NCBI GenBank assembly: GCA_964016885.1
Contig: OZ024741.1
Coordinates: forward strand, 361,522,001-361,586,000
Direction: 5' to 3'
Origin: Eledone cirrhosa
Taxonomy: Eukaryota
DNA length: 64,000 nucleotides
This document shows, piece by piece, positions 45,001 through 56,890 of the stretch; the first letter of the stretch is position 1, and each line of letters starts with the position of its first letter. The notes under the pieces are model-generated. The model was not told the origin of the DNA, did no database searches, and saw only the letters and a list, made by a program, of their open reading frames with translations. Position numbers and translations under genes: made by a program.

Positions 45001-48000
45001 ATGGTTTTATATGGTTGATATGGTGTTAGATGGTTGTTATGGTGTTATATGGTTGTTATGGTGTTAGATGGTTGTTGTGGTGTTAGATGGTTGTTACAGT
45101 GCTAGATGGTTGTTAGGGTGTTAGATGGTTGTTACAGTGTTAGATGGTTGTTAGGGTGTTAGATGCTTGTTATGGTGTTACATGGTTGTTACAGTGTTAG
45201 ATGGTTGTTATTGTGTTAGATGGTTGTTATGGTGTTATATGGTTGTTACAATGTTAGATGGTCTTTATGGTGTTAGATGGTTGTTACAGTGTTAGATGAT
45301 TGTTATGGTGTTATATGGTTGTTACAGTGTTAGATGGTTGTTATGGTGTTAGATGGTTGTTATGGTGTTATATGGTTGTTATGGTGATAGATGGTTGTTA
45401 CAGTGTTAGATGGTTGTTATGGTTTTAGATGGTTGTTACGGTGTTAGATGGTTGTTATGGTGTTAAATGGTTGTTATGTTGTTAGATGGTTGTTACAGTG
45501 TTAGATGGTTCTTATGGTGTTAGATGGTTGTTATGGTGTTAGATGGTTGTTTTGGTGTTAGATGGTTGTTATGGTGTTAGATGGTTGTTACAGTGTTAGA
45601 TGGTTGTTATGGCATTAGATGGTTGTTACAGTGTTAGATGGTTGTTATGGTGTTAGATGGTTGTTACAGTGTTACATGATTGTTATGGTGTTAGATGGTT
45701 GTTATGGTGTTACATGGTTGTTACAGTATTAGATGGTTGTTATGGTGTTAGATGGTTGTTACAATGGTAGATGGTTGTTACAGTGTTACATGGTTGTTAT
45801 GGTGTTAGATGGTTGTTATGGTGTTAGATGGTTGTTACAGTGTTAGATGGTTGTTATGTTGTTAAATTGTTGTTACGGTGTTAGATGGTTGTTATGGTGT
45901 TAGATGGTTGTTACAGTTTTAGATGGTTGTTACAGTGTTAGATGGTTGTTACAGTGTTAGATGGTTGTTATGGTGTTATATGGTTGTTACAGTGTTATAT
46001 GGTTGTTATGGTGTTAGATTGTTGTTATGGTGTTAGATGGTTACCGTGTTAGATGGTTATGGTATTGGATGGTTGTTATGGTGTTAGATCGTTGCTATGG
46101 TGTTAGATGGTTGTTACAGTGTTAGATGGTTGTTATGGTGTTAGATGGTTGTTATGGTGTTAGATGGTTCTTACAGTGTTAGATGGTTGTTATGGTGTTA
46201 GATGGTTGTCATGGTGTTAGATGGTTCTTACAGTGTTAGATGGTTGTTATGGTTTTAGATGCGTGTGATGGTGTTATATGGTTGTCATGGAGTCACATTG
46301 TTGTCATGGTGTTACATGGTTGTTTTGGTGTGAGATGGTTGCTATGGTGTTATACGGTTGTTATGGTGTCAGATGGTTGTTATAGTGTTAGATGGTTGTT
46401 ACAGTGTTAGATGGTTGTTATGATGTTAGATGGTTGTTACAGTGTTAGATGGTTGTTATGGTGTTAGATGGTTGTCATGGTGTTAGATGGTTGTTACAGT
46501 GCTAGATGGTTGTTATGGTGTTAGATGGTTGTTATGGTGTTAGATGGTTGTTACAGTGTTAGATGGTTGTTATGGTATTAGATGGTTGTTACAGTGTTAG
46601 ATGGTTGTTATGGTGTTAGATGGTTGTTACAGTGTTAGATGGTTGTTATGGTATTAGATGGTTGTTACAGTGTTAGATGGTTGTTATGGTGTTAGATGGT
46701 TGTTACAGTGTTATATGGTTGTTATGGTGTTAGATGGTTGTTACAATGGTAGATGGTTGTTATGGTATTAGATGGTTGTTACAGTATTAGATGGTTGTTA
46801 TGGTGTTAGATGGTTGTTACAGTGTTATATGGTTGTTATGGTGTTAGATGGTTGTTACAATGGTAGATGGTTGTTATGGTATTAGATGGTTGTTACAGTG
46901 TTAGATGGTTGTTATGGTGTTTGATGGTTGTCATGGTGTTAGATGGTTGTTACAGTGCTAGATGGTTGTTATGGTGTTAGATGGTTGTTATGGTGTTAGA
47001 TGGTTGTTACAGTGTTATATGGTTGTTATGGTGTTAGATGGTTGTTACAGTGTTACATGGTTGTTATGGTGTTAGATGGTTGTTATAGTGTTAGATGATT
47101 GTTATGGTGTTACATGATTGTTATGGTGTTACATGGTTGTTACAGTGTTACATGATTGTTATGGTGTTAAATGGTTGTTACAGTGTTAGACGGTTGTTAT
47201 GGTATTAGATGGTTGTTAAAGTGTTAGATGGTTGTTATGGTGTTAGATGGTTGTTATAGTGTTAGATGGTTGTTACAGTATTAGATGGTTGTTATGGTGT
47301 TAGATGGTTGTTATGGTGTTAGATGGTTGTTACAGTGTTAGATGGTTGTTATGGTGTTAGATGGTTGTTACAGGGTTAGATGGTTGTTATGGTGTTAGAT
47401 GGTTGTTATGGTGTTAGATGGTTGCTATGGCGTTATATGGTTGTTATGGTGTTAGATGGTTTTTACAATGGTAGATGGTTTTTACAATGGTAGATGGTTG
47501 TTACAGTGCTAGATGGTTGTTATGGGGTTATATGGTTGTTATGGTGTTAGATGGTTTTTTCTGTGTTAGATGGTCGTTACAGTGCTAGATGGTTGTTATG
47601 GTGTTAGATGGTTGTCATGGTGTTAGATGGTTGTCATGGTGTTAGATGGTTGTTACAGTGTTAGATGGTTGTTAGACTGTTATATGGTTGTTATGGTGTT
47701 AGATGGTTGTTATAGTGTTAGATGGTTGTTATGGTGTTAGATGGTTGTTACAGTGTTAGATGGTTGTTATGGTGTTAGATGGTTGTTAGACTGTTATATG
47801 GTTGTTATGGTGTTAGATGGTTGTTACAGTGTTAGATGGTTGTTATGGTGTTAGATAGTTGTTATGGTGTTAGATGGTTGTTACAGTGTTAGACGGTTGT
47901 TATGGTATTAGATGGTTGTTACAGTGTTAGATGGTTGTTATGGTGTTAGATGGTTTTTACAATGGTAGATGGTTTTTACAATGGTAGATGGTTGTTACAG

Positions 48001-51000
48001 TGTTAGATGGTTGTTACAGTGTCAGATAGTTGTTACAATGGTAGATGGTTGTTACAGCGTTACATGGTTGTTATGGTGTTAGATGGTTGTTACAGTGTTA
48101 GATGATTGTTATGGTGTTATATGGTTGTTACAGTGTTAGATGGTTGTTATGGTGTTAGATGGTTGTTATGGTGTTATATGGTTGTTACAGTGTTTGATGG
48201 TTGTTAGACTGTTATATGGTTGTTATGGTGTTAGATGGTTGTTACAGTGTTAGATGTTTGCTATGGTGTTATATGGTTGATAGGGTATTAGATGGTTGTT
48301 ATGGTGTTAGATGGTTGTTACAGTGTTAGATGGTTGTTATGGTGTTATATGGTTGTTATGGTGTTAGATGGTTGTTATGGTGTTAGATGGTTGTTACAGT
48401 GTTAGATGGTTGTTACAGTGTTTAGATGGTTGTTATGGTGTTAGATGGTTGTTATGGTTGTTAGGGTATTAAATTGTTGTTACAGTGTTAAATTGTTGTT
48501 ACACTGTTAGATGGTTGTTACAGTGTTAGATGGTTGTTATAGTGTTTAGATGGTTGTTATGGTGTTAGATGGTTGTTATGGTTGTTAGGGTATTAAATTG
48601 TTGTTACAGTGTTAAATTGTTACAGTGTTAGATGGTTGTTACAGTGTTAGATGGTTGTTATGGTGTTAGATGGTTGTTATGGGGTTATATGGTTGTTACA
48701 GGGTTAGATGGTTGTTACAGTGTTAGATGCTTGTTTTGGTGTTAGATGGTTGTTATGGTGTTAGATTGTTGTTATGGTGTTAGATGGTTGTTACAGTGTT
48801 AGATGGTTGTTATGGTTTTAGATGCTTGTTATGGTGTTATATGGTTGTCATGGTGTTAGATGGTTGTTACAGTGTTAGATGGTTGTTACAGTGTTAGATG
48901 GTTGTTATGGTGTTAGATGGTTGTTATGGTGTTAGATGGTTCTTACAGTGTTAGATGGTTGTTATGGTTTTAGATGCTTGTGATGGTGTTATATGGTTAT
49001 CATGGTGTAACATTGTTGTCATGCTGTTACATGGTTGTTTTGGTGTGAGATGGTTGCTATGGTGTTATATTGTTGTTATGCAGTCAGATGGTTGTTATGG
49101 TGTTAGATGGTTGTTATGGTTTTAGATGGTTGTTATGGTGTAAGATGGTTGTTATGGTGTTAGGGGGTTGTTATGGTGTTAGATGGTTGTTACGGTGTTA
49201 GATGGTTGTTACTGTGTTAGATGGTTGTTACTGTGTTAGATGGTTGTTATGGTGTTAAATTCTTGTTATGGTGTTAGATGGTTGTTATGGTGTTAGATGG
49301 TTGATTCAGTGTTAGATGGTTGATATGGTGTTATATGGTTGTTATGCTGTTAGATGGTTGTTATGGTGTTAAGTGGTTGCTATGGTGTTAGATGGTTGTT
49401 ATGGTGTTACATGGTTTTTATGGTGTTAGATGGTAGTTACAGAGTTAGATGGTTGTTATGGTGTTAGATGGTTGTTACAGTGTTCGATGTTGTTATGGTG
49501 TTAGATGGTTTTTATGGTGTTAGATGGTTGCTATGGTGTTAGATTGTTGTTATGGTGTTAGATGGTTGTTATGGTGTTAGATGGTTTTTATGGTGTTAGA
49601 TGGTTGTTAAGGTGTTATATGGTTGTTACAGTGTTAGATGGTTGTTATGGTGTTAGATGCTCGTTATGGTGTTAGATGGTTGTTTTGGTGTTAGATGGTT
49701 GTTATGGTGTTAGATGGTTTTTATGGTGTTAGATGGTTGTTATGGTGTTAGATGGTTACCGTGTTAGCTGGTTGTTATGGTGTTAGATGGTTGTTACAGT
49801 GTTATATGGTTGTTATGGTGTTAGATGGTTGTTACAGTGTTAGATGCTTGTTTTGGTTTTAGATGGTTGTTATGGTGTTAGATCGTTGCTATGGTGTTAG
49901 ATGGTTGTTATATTGTTAGATGGTTGTTACAGTATTACATGGTTGTTACGGTGTTAGATGGTTGTTATGGTGTTAGATGGTTGTTACAGTGTTAGATGGT
50001 TGTCATGGTGTCACATGGTTGTTATGGTGTTACATGGTTGTTATTATGTTACATGGTTGTTATGGTGTTTCATGGTTGTTATGGTGTTAGATGGTTGTTA
50101 CTGTGTTAGATGGTGGTTACAGTGTTAGATGGTTGTTATGGTGTTAGATGGTTGTTATGGTGTTAGATGGTTGTTATGGAGTTAGATGGTTGTTATGGTG
50201 TTATGGTTGTTACAGTGGTAGATGTTTGTTATGGTGTTATATGGTTGTTGTGGTGTTAGATGGTTGTTACGGTGTTAGATGGTTGTTATGGTGTTAGATG
50301 GTTGTTACGGTGTTAGATTGTTGTCATGGTGTCACATGGTTGTTATGGTGTTACATGGTTATGGTGTTAAATGGTTGTTATGGTGTTAGATGGTTGTTAC
50401 AATGTTAGAGAGTTGTTATGGTTTTAGATGGTTCTTATGGTGTTATATTGTTATTATGGTGTTAGATGATTGTTATGGTATTATATGGTTGTTACAGTGT
50501 TAGATGGTTGTTATGGTGTTAGATGGTTGTTACCGTGTTAGATGGTTGTCATGGTGTCACATGGTTGTTATGGTGTTATAAGGTTGTTATGGTGTTAGAT
50601 GGTTGTTATGGCTTTAGATGGTTGTTATGGTGATAGATGGTTGTTATGGTGTTAGATGGTTGCTATGGTGTTAGATGGTTTTTACAGTGTTAGATGGTTG
50701 TTATTGTGTTAGATGGTTGTTGTGGTGTTACATGGTTGTTACAGTGTTAGATGGTCGTTATGGTGTTACATGGTTACGGTGTTAGATGGGTGTTACAATT
50801 TTTGAGAGTTGCTATCGTGTTATATGGTTGTTATGGTGTTAGATGGTTATTACATTGTTAGATGGTTGATATGGTGTTAGGTGCTTGTTATGGTTGTTAT
50901 TAAATGGTTATTGTGTTAGACGGTTGTTATGGTTTTATATGATTGTTATGGTGTTAGGTGGTTGTTGTGTGTGTTAGATGGTTGTTATGGTGTTAGAAGG

Positions 51001-54000
51001 TTGTCATAGTGTCACATGCTTGTTATGGTGTTATATGGTTGATCTGTTAGATGGTTGTAATGGTGTTAGATGAATCTTGCAGTGTTAGATGGTGGTTATG
51101 GTGTTAGATGGTTGTAACAGTGTCAGATGGTTGTAACAGTGTTAGATGGTTGTTATGGTGTCACATGGTTGTTATGGTGTCACATGGTTGTTATGGTGTT
51201 ACATAGTTTTTATGGTGTTAGATGGTTGTTACAGTGTTAGATGGTTGTTATGGTGTTAGATGGTTGTTATGGTGTTAGATGGTTGTTATGGTGTTAGATG
51301 GTTCTTATAGTGTTAGATGGTTGTTATGGTGTTAGATGGTTGTTATGGTGTTATATGGTTGTTACAATGTTAGATGCTTGTTATGGTGTTCGATTGTTGT
51401 TATGGTGTTAGATGGGTGTTACAATTTTAGAGAGTTGCTATCGTGTTACAAGGTTGTTATGATGTTACATGGTTGTTATGGTGTTAGATGGTTGTTATGG
51501 TGTTAGATGGTTGTTACAGTTTTAGATGGTTGTTATGGTGTTAGATGGTTGTTACACTGCTAGATGGTTGTTATGGTGTTAGATGGTTGTTATGGGGTTA
51601 TATGGTTGTTACGGTGTTATATGGTTGTTACAGTGTTAGATGGTTGTTAAGGTGTTATATGGTCGTTATGGTGTTAGATGGTTGTTATGGTGTTAGATGG
51701 TTGTTATGGTGTTAGATGGTTGTTATGGTGTTAGATGGTTACCGTGTTAGATGGTTGTTATGGTGTTAGATGGTTGTTACAGTGTTAGATGGTTGTTATG
51801 GTGTTAGATCGTTGCTATGGTGTTAGATGGTTGTTAAAGTGTTAGATGGTTGTTATGGTTTTAGATGGTTGTTATGGTGTTATATGGTTGTCATGGTGTC
51901 ACATGGTTGTTATGGTGTTACATGGTTGTTATTATGTTACATGGTTGTTATGGTGTTTCATGGTTGTTATGGTGTTTCATGGTTGTTATGGTGTTAGATG
52001 GTTGTTACAGTGTTAAATGGTAGTTATGGTGTTAGATGGTGGTTACAGTGTTAGATGGTTGTTATGGTGTTAGATGGTTGTTATGGAGTTAGATGGTTGT
52101 TATGGTGTTATATGGTTGTTACAGTGGTAGATGTTTGTTATGGTGTTATATGGTTGTTGTGGTGTTAGATGGTTGTTACGGTGTTAGATGGTTGTTATGG
52201 TGTTAGATGGTTGTTACGGTGTTAGATTGTTGTCATGGTGTTACATGGTTATGGTGTTAAATGGTTGTTATGGTGTTAGATGGTTGTTACAATGTTAGAG
52301 AGTTGTTATGGTTTTAGATGGTTGTTATGGTGTTATATGGTAGTTACAATGTTATATTGTTATTATGGTGTTAGATGGTTGTTATGGTATTATATGGTTG
52401 TTACAGTGTTAGATGGTTGTTATGGTGTTAGATGGTTGTTACCGTGTTAGATGGTTGTCATGGTGTCACATGGTTGTTATGGTGTTAAAAGGTTGTTATG
52501 GTGTTAGATGGTTGTTATGGTTTTAGATGGTTGTTATGGTGATAGATGGTTGTTATGGTGTTAGATGTTTGCTATGGTGTTAGATGGTTTTTACAGTGTT
52601 AGATGGTTGTTATGGTGTTAGATGGTTGTTGTGGTGTTATATGGTTGTTACAGTGTTAGATGGTTGTTATGGTGTTACATGGTTACGGTGTTGGATGGGT
52701 GTTACAATTTTTGTGAGTTGCTATCGTGTTACATGATTGTTATGATGTTACATGGTTGTTATGGTGTTAGATGATTATTACATTGTTAGATGGTTGATAT
52801 GGTGTTAGGTGCTTGTTATGGTAGTTATTAAATGGTTATTGTGTTAGACGGTTGTTATGGTGTTATATGATTGTTATGGTGTCAGGTGGTTGTTGTGTGT
52901 GTTAGATGGTTGTTATGGTGTTAGATGGTTCTTACAGTTTTAGATGGTTGTTATGGTGTTAGATGGTTGTCATAGTGTCACATGCTTGTTATGGTGTTAT
53001 ATGGTTGATCTGTTAGATGGTTGTAATGGTGTTAGATGAATCTTGCAGTGTTAGATGGTTGTTATGGTGTTAGAAGGTTGTTACAGTGTTATATGGTGGT
53101 TATGGTGTTAGATGGTTGTTATGCTGTTAGATGGTTGTAACAGTGTCAGATGGTTGTTATGGTGTCACATGGTTGTTATGGTGTTACATAGTTTTTATGG
53201 TGTTAGATGGTTATTACAGTGTTAGATGGTTGTTACAGTGTTAGATGGTTGTTATGGTGTTAGATGGTTGTTATGGTGTTAGATGGTTTTTATGGTGTTA
53301 GATGGTTATTACAGTGTTAGATGGTTGTTACAGTGTTAGATGGTTGTTACAGTGTTAGATGGTTGTTATGGTGTTAGATGGTTTTTATGGTGTTAGATGG
53401 TTATTACAGTGTTAGATGGTTGTTACAGTGTTAGATGGATGTTACAGTGTTAGATGGTTGTTACAGTGTTAGAGGGTTGTTATGGTGTTAGATGGTTGTT
53501 ATGGTGTTAGATGGTTCTTATAGTGTTAGATGGTTGTTATGGTGTTAGATGGTTCTTACAGTGTTAGATGGTTGTTATGGTGTTATATGGTTGTTACAAT
53601 GTTAGATGCTTGTTATGGTGTTCGATTGTTGTTATGGTGTTAGATGGTTGTTACAATTTTAGAGAGTTGCTATCGTGTTACAAGGTTGTTATGATGTTAC
53701 ATGGTTATTACAGTTTTAGATGGTTGATATGGTGTTAGGTGCTTGTTATGGTTTTTATTACATGGTTATTGTGTTAGACGGTTGTTATGGTGTTATATGA
53801 TTTTTATGGTGTTAGGTGGTTGTTGTGTGTGTTAGATGGTTGTTATGGTGTTAGATGGTTCTTACAGTTTTAGATGGTTGTTATGGTGTTAGATGGTTGT
53901 CATAGTGTCACCTGCATGTTGTGGTGTTAGCTGGTTGTTATGGTGTCACATGGTTGATGTGCTAGATGGTGGTTATGGTGTTATATGGTGGTTATGGTGT

Positions 54001-55832
54001 TAGATGGTTGTTATGCTGTTAGATGCTTGTTACAGTGTTAGATGGTTGTTATGGTGTTAGATGGTTGGTATGGTGTCATATGGTTGTTACAGTGTTAGAT
54101 GGTTGTTATGGTGTCACATGGTTGTTATGGTGTTAGATGGTTGTTATGGTGTCACATGGTTGTTATGGTGTCACATGGTTGTTATGGTGTTAGATGGTTG
54201 TTATGTTGTTAGATGATTTTTATGGTGTTAGGTGGTTGTTACAGTGTTAGATGGTTCTAATGGTGTTAGAGGGTTGTTATGGTGTTAGATGGTTGTTACA
54301 ATGTTAGATGGTTGTTATGGTGTTATATGGTTGTTATGGTGTTAGATGGTTGTCATGGTGTTACATGGTTGTTATGGTGTTAGATGGCTGTTATGGTGTT
54401 ATATGGTTGTTACAGTGTTAGATGGTTATTACAATGTTAGATGGTTGTTATGGTGTTAGTTGATTGTTACAGTGTTAGATGGTTATGGTGTTAGATGGTT
54501 GTTACAATTTTAGAGAGTTGCTATGGTGTTACATGGTTGTTATGACGTTACATGGTTGTTATGGTGTTTCATGGTTGTTATGGTGTTAGATGGTTGTTAT
54601 GGTGTTAGATGGTTGTTACAGTGTTAGATGGTTGTCACAGTGCTCGATGGTTGTTATGGTGTTAGGTGGTTGTTATGGTGTTTTATGGTTGCTAAGGTGT
54701 TAGATGGTTACTATGGTGTTAGATTGTTTGTTATGGTGTTATATGATTGTTATGAAGTTAGATTGTTGTTATGGTGTTTTATGGTTGTTATGGTGTTAGG
54801 TGGTTGTTATGGTGATAGATTATTGTTATGCTGTTAGATGTTTGTTATAGTTTAGATGGTTGTTATGGTGTTATATGGTTGTTACAGTGTTAGATGGTTG
54901 TTATGGTGTTAGATGGTTGTTATGGTGTTAGATGGTTGTTATGGTGTTTGATGGTTGTTATGGTGTTTTATGGTTGCTATGGTGTTACATGGTTGCTACC
55001 GTGTTAGATAGTTTTTATGGTGTTAGATGGTTGTTACCGTCTTAGGTGGTTGTTACAGTGTTAGATGGTTGTTATGGTGTTAGATCGTTGTTATGGTGTT
55101 AGGTGGTTGTTATGGTGTTAGATGGTTGTTACAGTGTAGGATGGTTGTTATGGTGTTAGATGGTTGTTACAGTGTTAGATGGTTGTTATGGTTTTAGATG
55201 GTTGTTATGGTGTTTTATGGTTGTTAGGTGGTTGTTGTGGTGTTAGATGGTTGTTATGGTGTTATATGGTTGTTATGGTGTTACATGGTTGTTATAGTGT
55301 TAGATGGTTGTTATGGTGTTAGATGGTTGTTACAGTGTTAGATGGTTGTTATGGTGTTAGATGGTTGTTATGGTGTTAGATGGTTGTTACAGTGTTAGAT
55401 GGTTGTTGTTGTGTTACATGGTCGTTGTGGTGTTAGATGGTTGTTACAGTGTTAGATGGTTGTTATGGTGTTTAGATGGTTGTTATAGTGTTAGAGATGG
55501 TTGTTACAGTGTTAGATGATTCTTATGGTGTCGGATGGTTGTTACGCAGTTAGATGGTTGCTATGGTGTTAGATGGTTGTTCTGGAGTTACATGGTTGTT
55601 ACAGTGTTGGATGGTTGTTATGGTGTTAGATGGTTGTTATGGTGTTTAGATGGTTGTTATAGTGTTAGAGATGGTTGTTACAGTGTTGGATGGTTGCTAT
55701 GGTGTTAGATGGTTGTTATGGATTTACATGGTTGTTACAGTGTTAGATGATTGTTATGGTGTTAGATGGTTGTTATGGTGTTAGATTGTTGTTACAGTGT
55801 TAGATGGTTGTTATGGTGTTAGTTGGTTATGT
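1..55832. repeat. 19-bp tandem satellite array (open at the left window edge), ~2,900 monomers, strongly G/T-skewed + strand
   Basis: Directly visible monomers GATGGTTGTTATGGTGTTA and GATGGTTGTTACAGTGTTA continue until ...ggtgttagttggttatgtttt at ~55,830. No interrupting insertion was seen. Confidence 0.99.
10400..33230. repeat. Homogenised satellite domain with kb-scale higher-order/segmental duplications (offsets 3583, 5476, 4248, 3165, ~2200 bp)
   Basis: Rare marker AGAATATTG at 11349, 14932, 20408, 24656 (offsets 3583/5476/4248). The same offsets recur in the ORF track (12092/15675/21151/25399/28564; 16529/22005/26253/29418). Boundaries are approximate. Confidence 0.9.
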
Positions 55833-55849
55833 TTTAAGAAATTCAGTTT

Positions 55850-55972
55850 GCAGCCAGGCTGTTTTAAGCTCAACCGAGTGAAAGGCGTCTTGGGGAAGTG
55901 TTTTCTACTATATCCGCGTGCTAACCAATTCCTTTTGCTGTAAATTTGGTAGACAAACTGTAAGGAAGCTCA
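55850..55972 (+). mobile_element. Degenerate SINE fragment immediately after the satellite junction
   Basis: ggcgtcttggggaagtgttttctactata...aaatttggtagacaaactgtaaggaagctc resembles a cephalopod SINE body as I recall it (cttgggcaagtgtcttctactatag...gatttggtagacggaaactgaaagaagccc). No intact A/B boxes. Confidence 0.55.
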
Positions 55973-56010
55973 TTTTATAGATTCGAGTGGTGCTGTTTTG
56001 TTATGTTCTG

Positions 56011-56212
56011 TATAAATAATGGTTTCTGACTTTGGCATAACACCCGCAATTACGAGCGAGGGTAAATTCGATTAAATCGACGCCAGCGTGTTGCTGATGC
56101 TTTATTTTATCGATCCCGTAATGATGGTTGTCAAAGGTAAGCTCCACGGGATTTGAACTCAGAACATAATGAGCACAAAGCATGTTGTCCAACACTCTAC
56201 CGATTCTGTCAA
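56011..56212 (-). mobile_element. Diverged tRNA-derived SINE (MetaSINE-like), same family as the 60654-61180 pair
   Basis: Shares ctttattttatcga, gggatttgaactcagaa (B box GAGTTCAAATCC on -), caaagcatg, ctctaccgat and the aataatggtttct tail with 60654-60862. Confidence 0.8.
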
Positions 56213-56329
56213 ATAAATAATATGGCACTTTTTGCAAAGGAAATCTTTGTTCATGCCCCGCAGTTTATGATTCAGTTGAGGTCACTGCTATTTACCATGC
56301 TGATAAATAAAATGAGTTGGAGTTCAGAA

Positions 56330-56430
56330 GTACATTTATCTGTAGAAAATCTGCTGGTAAAATGTCTTGTCAAACCCATGCTAGCATGGGAAAATGGGTG
56401 TAAAAACTATGCTAACGGAATTGATGATAT
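56330..56430 (+). mobile_element. Decayed RTE/SINE 3' tail fragment
   Basis: ctgtagaaa...caaacccatgctagcatgggaaaatgggtgtaaaa aligns with the tail caaacccatgcaagcgtggaagatggacgttaaa at 58047-58081. Confidence 0.6.
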
Positions 56431-56792
56431 TTATAATGTTGTGTGTTCCATTTAGGTATGTTTTATTGGCATTGTTTCGATGGTAGGATGGTTTTAATAT
56501 AGAAAATGATTCTTCAATGGTTATGTTTTGACATTTCATATATCCTTCTTGTTTGACCTTAAACAGACTGATTCTGTTAATATATTCAACTTAGTACATA
56601 TATCAAATATTTGACGTTTACTATTTCTTCTCTTTCCCTACAACAATCGATTTCATTAGTCATAATCAATCTCTGAATGAAGACCGAACACTAAAATTGC
56701 ATTTTTCTTTCCCCCTTCTTATTCTGTCTCTCTTTAGCTTTATCTCTCATTATCAATCCCTCTCTCTCAGTCTCATTCTATTTTTGGTATGA

Positions 56793-56890
56793 CCATCATC
56801 ATTTTTATGTCCACCTTTTCATGCTGGCATGGGTTGGATGGGACTGTTTGATACAATGTTTTATAGCTAGATACCTCTCCTGATGTCAAT
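56793..56890 (-). mobile_element. Decayed RTE/SINE 3' tail fragment with short (GAT)n
   Basis: catcatcatttttatgtccacctttcatgctggcatgggttggatggg...tatagctagatacctctcctgatgtcaa is similar to 61260-61405 and 60364-60475. Confidence 0.65.

Noticed and set aside
3726-54837. About 30 short + strand ORFs (MVVMVLDGCYGVRWLLWC-type peptides)
   Set aside because: They are translations of the 19-mer cycling through three frames. Each monomer has TAG, and ORFs arise only where TAG happens to be mutated (TAT/TAC/CAG). They are useful only as duplication markers.
1-55832. CRISPR array
   Set aside because: Monomers are head-to-tail with no unique spacers, there are no cas genes and the context is eukaryotic.
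1-55832. Telomeric repeat (G/T-rich strand, TTAG motif)
   Set aside because: The G-rich strand runs 5'->3' towards the unique flank, the wrong polarity for a chromosome end on the left. The unit is not TTAGGG/TTAGG, and kb-scale copied variant blocks indicate recombinational rather than telomerase synthesis.
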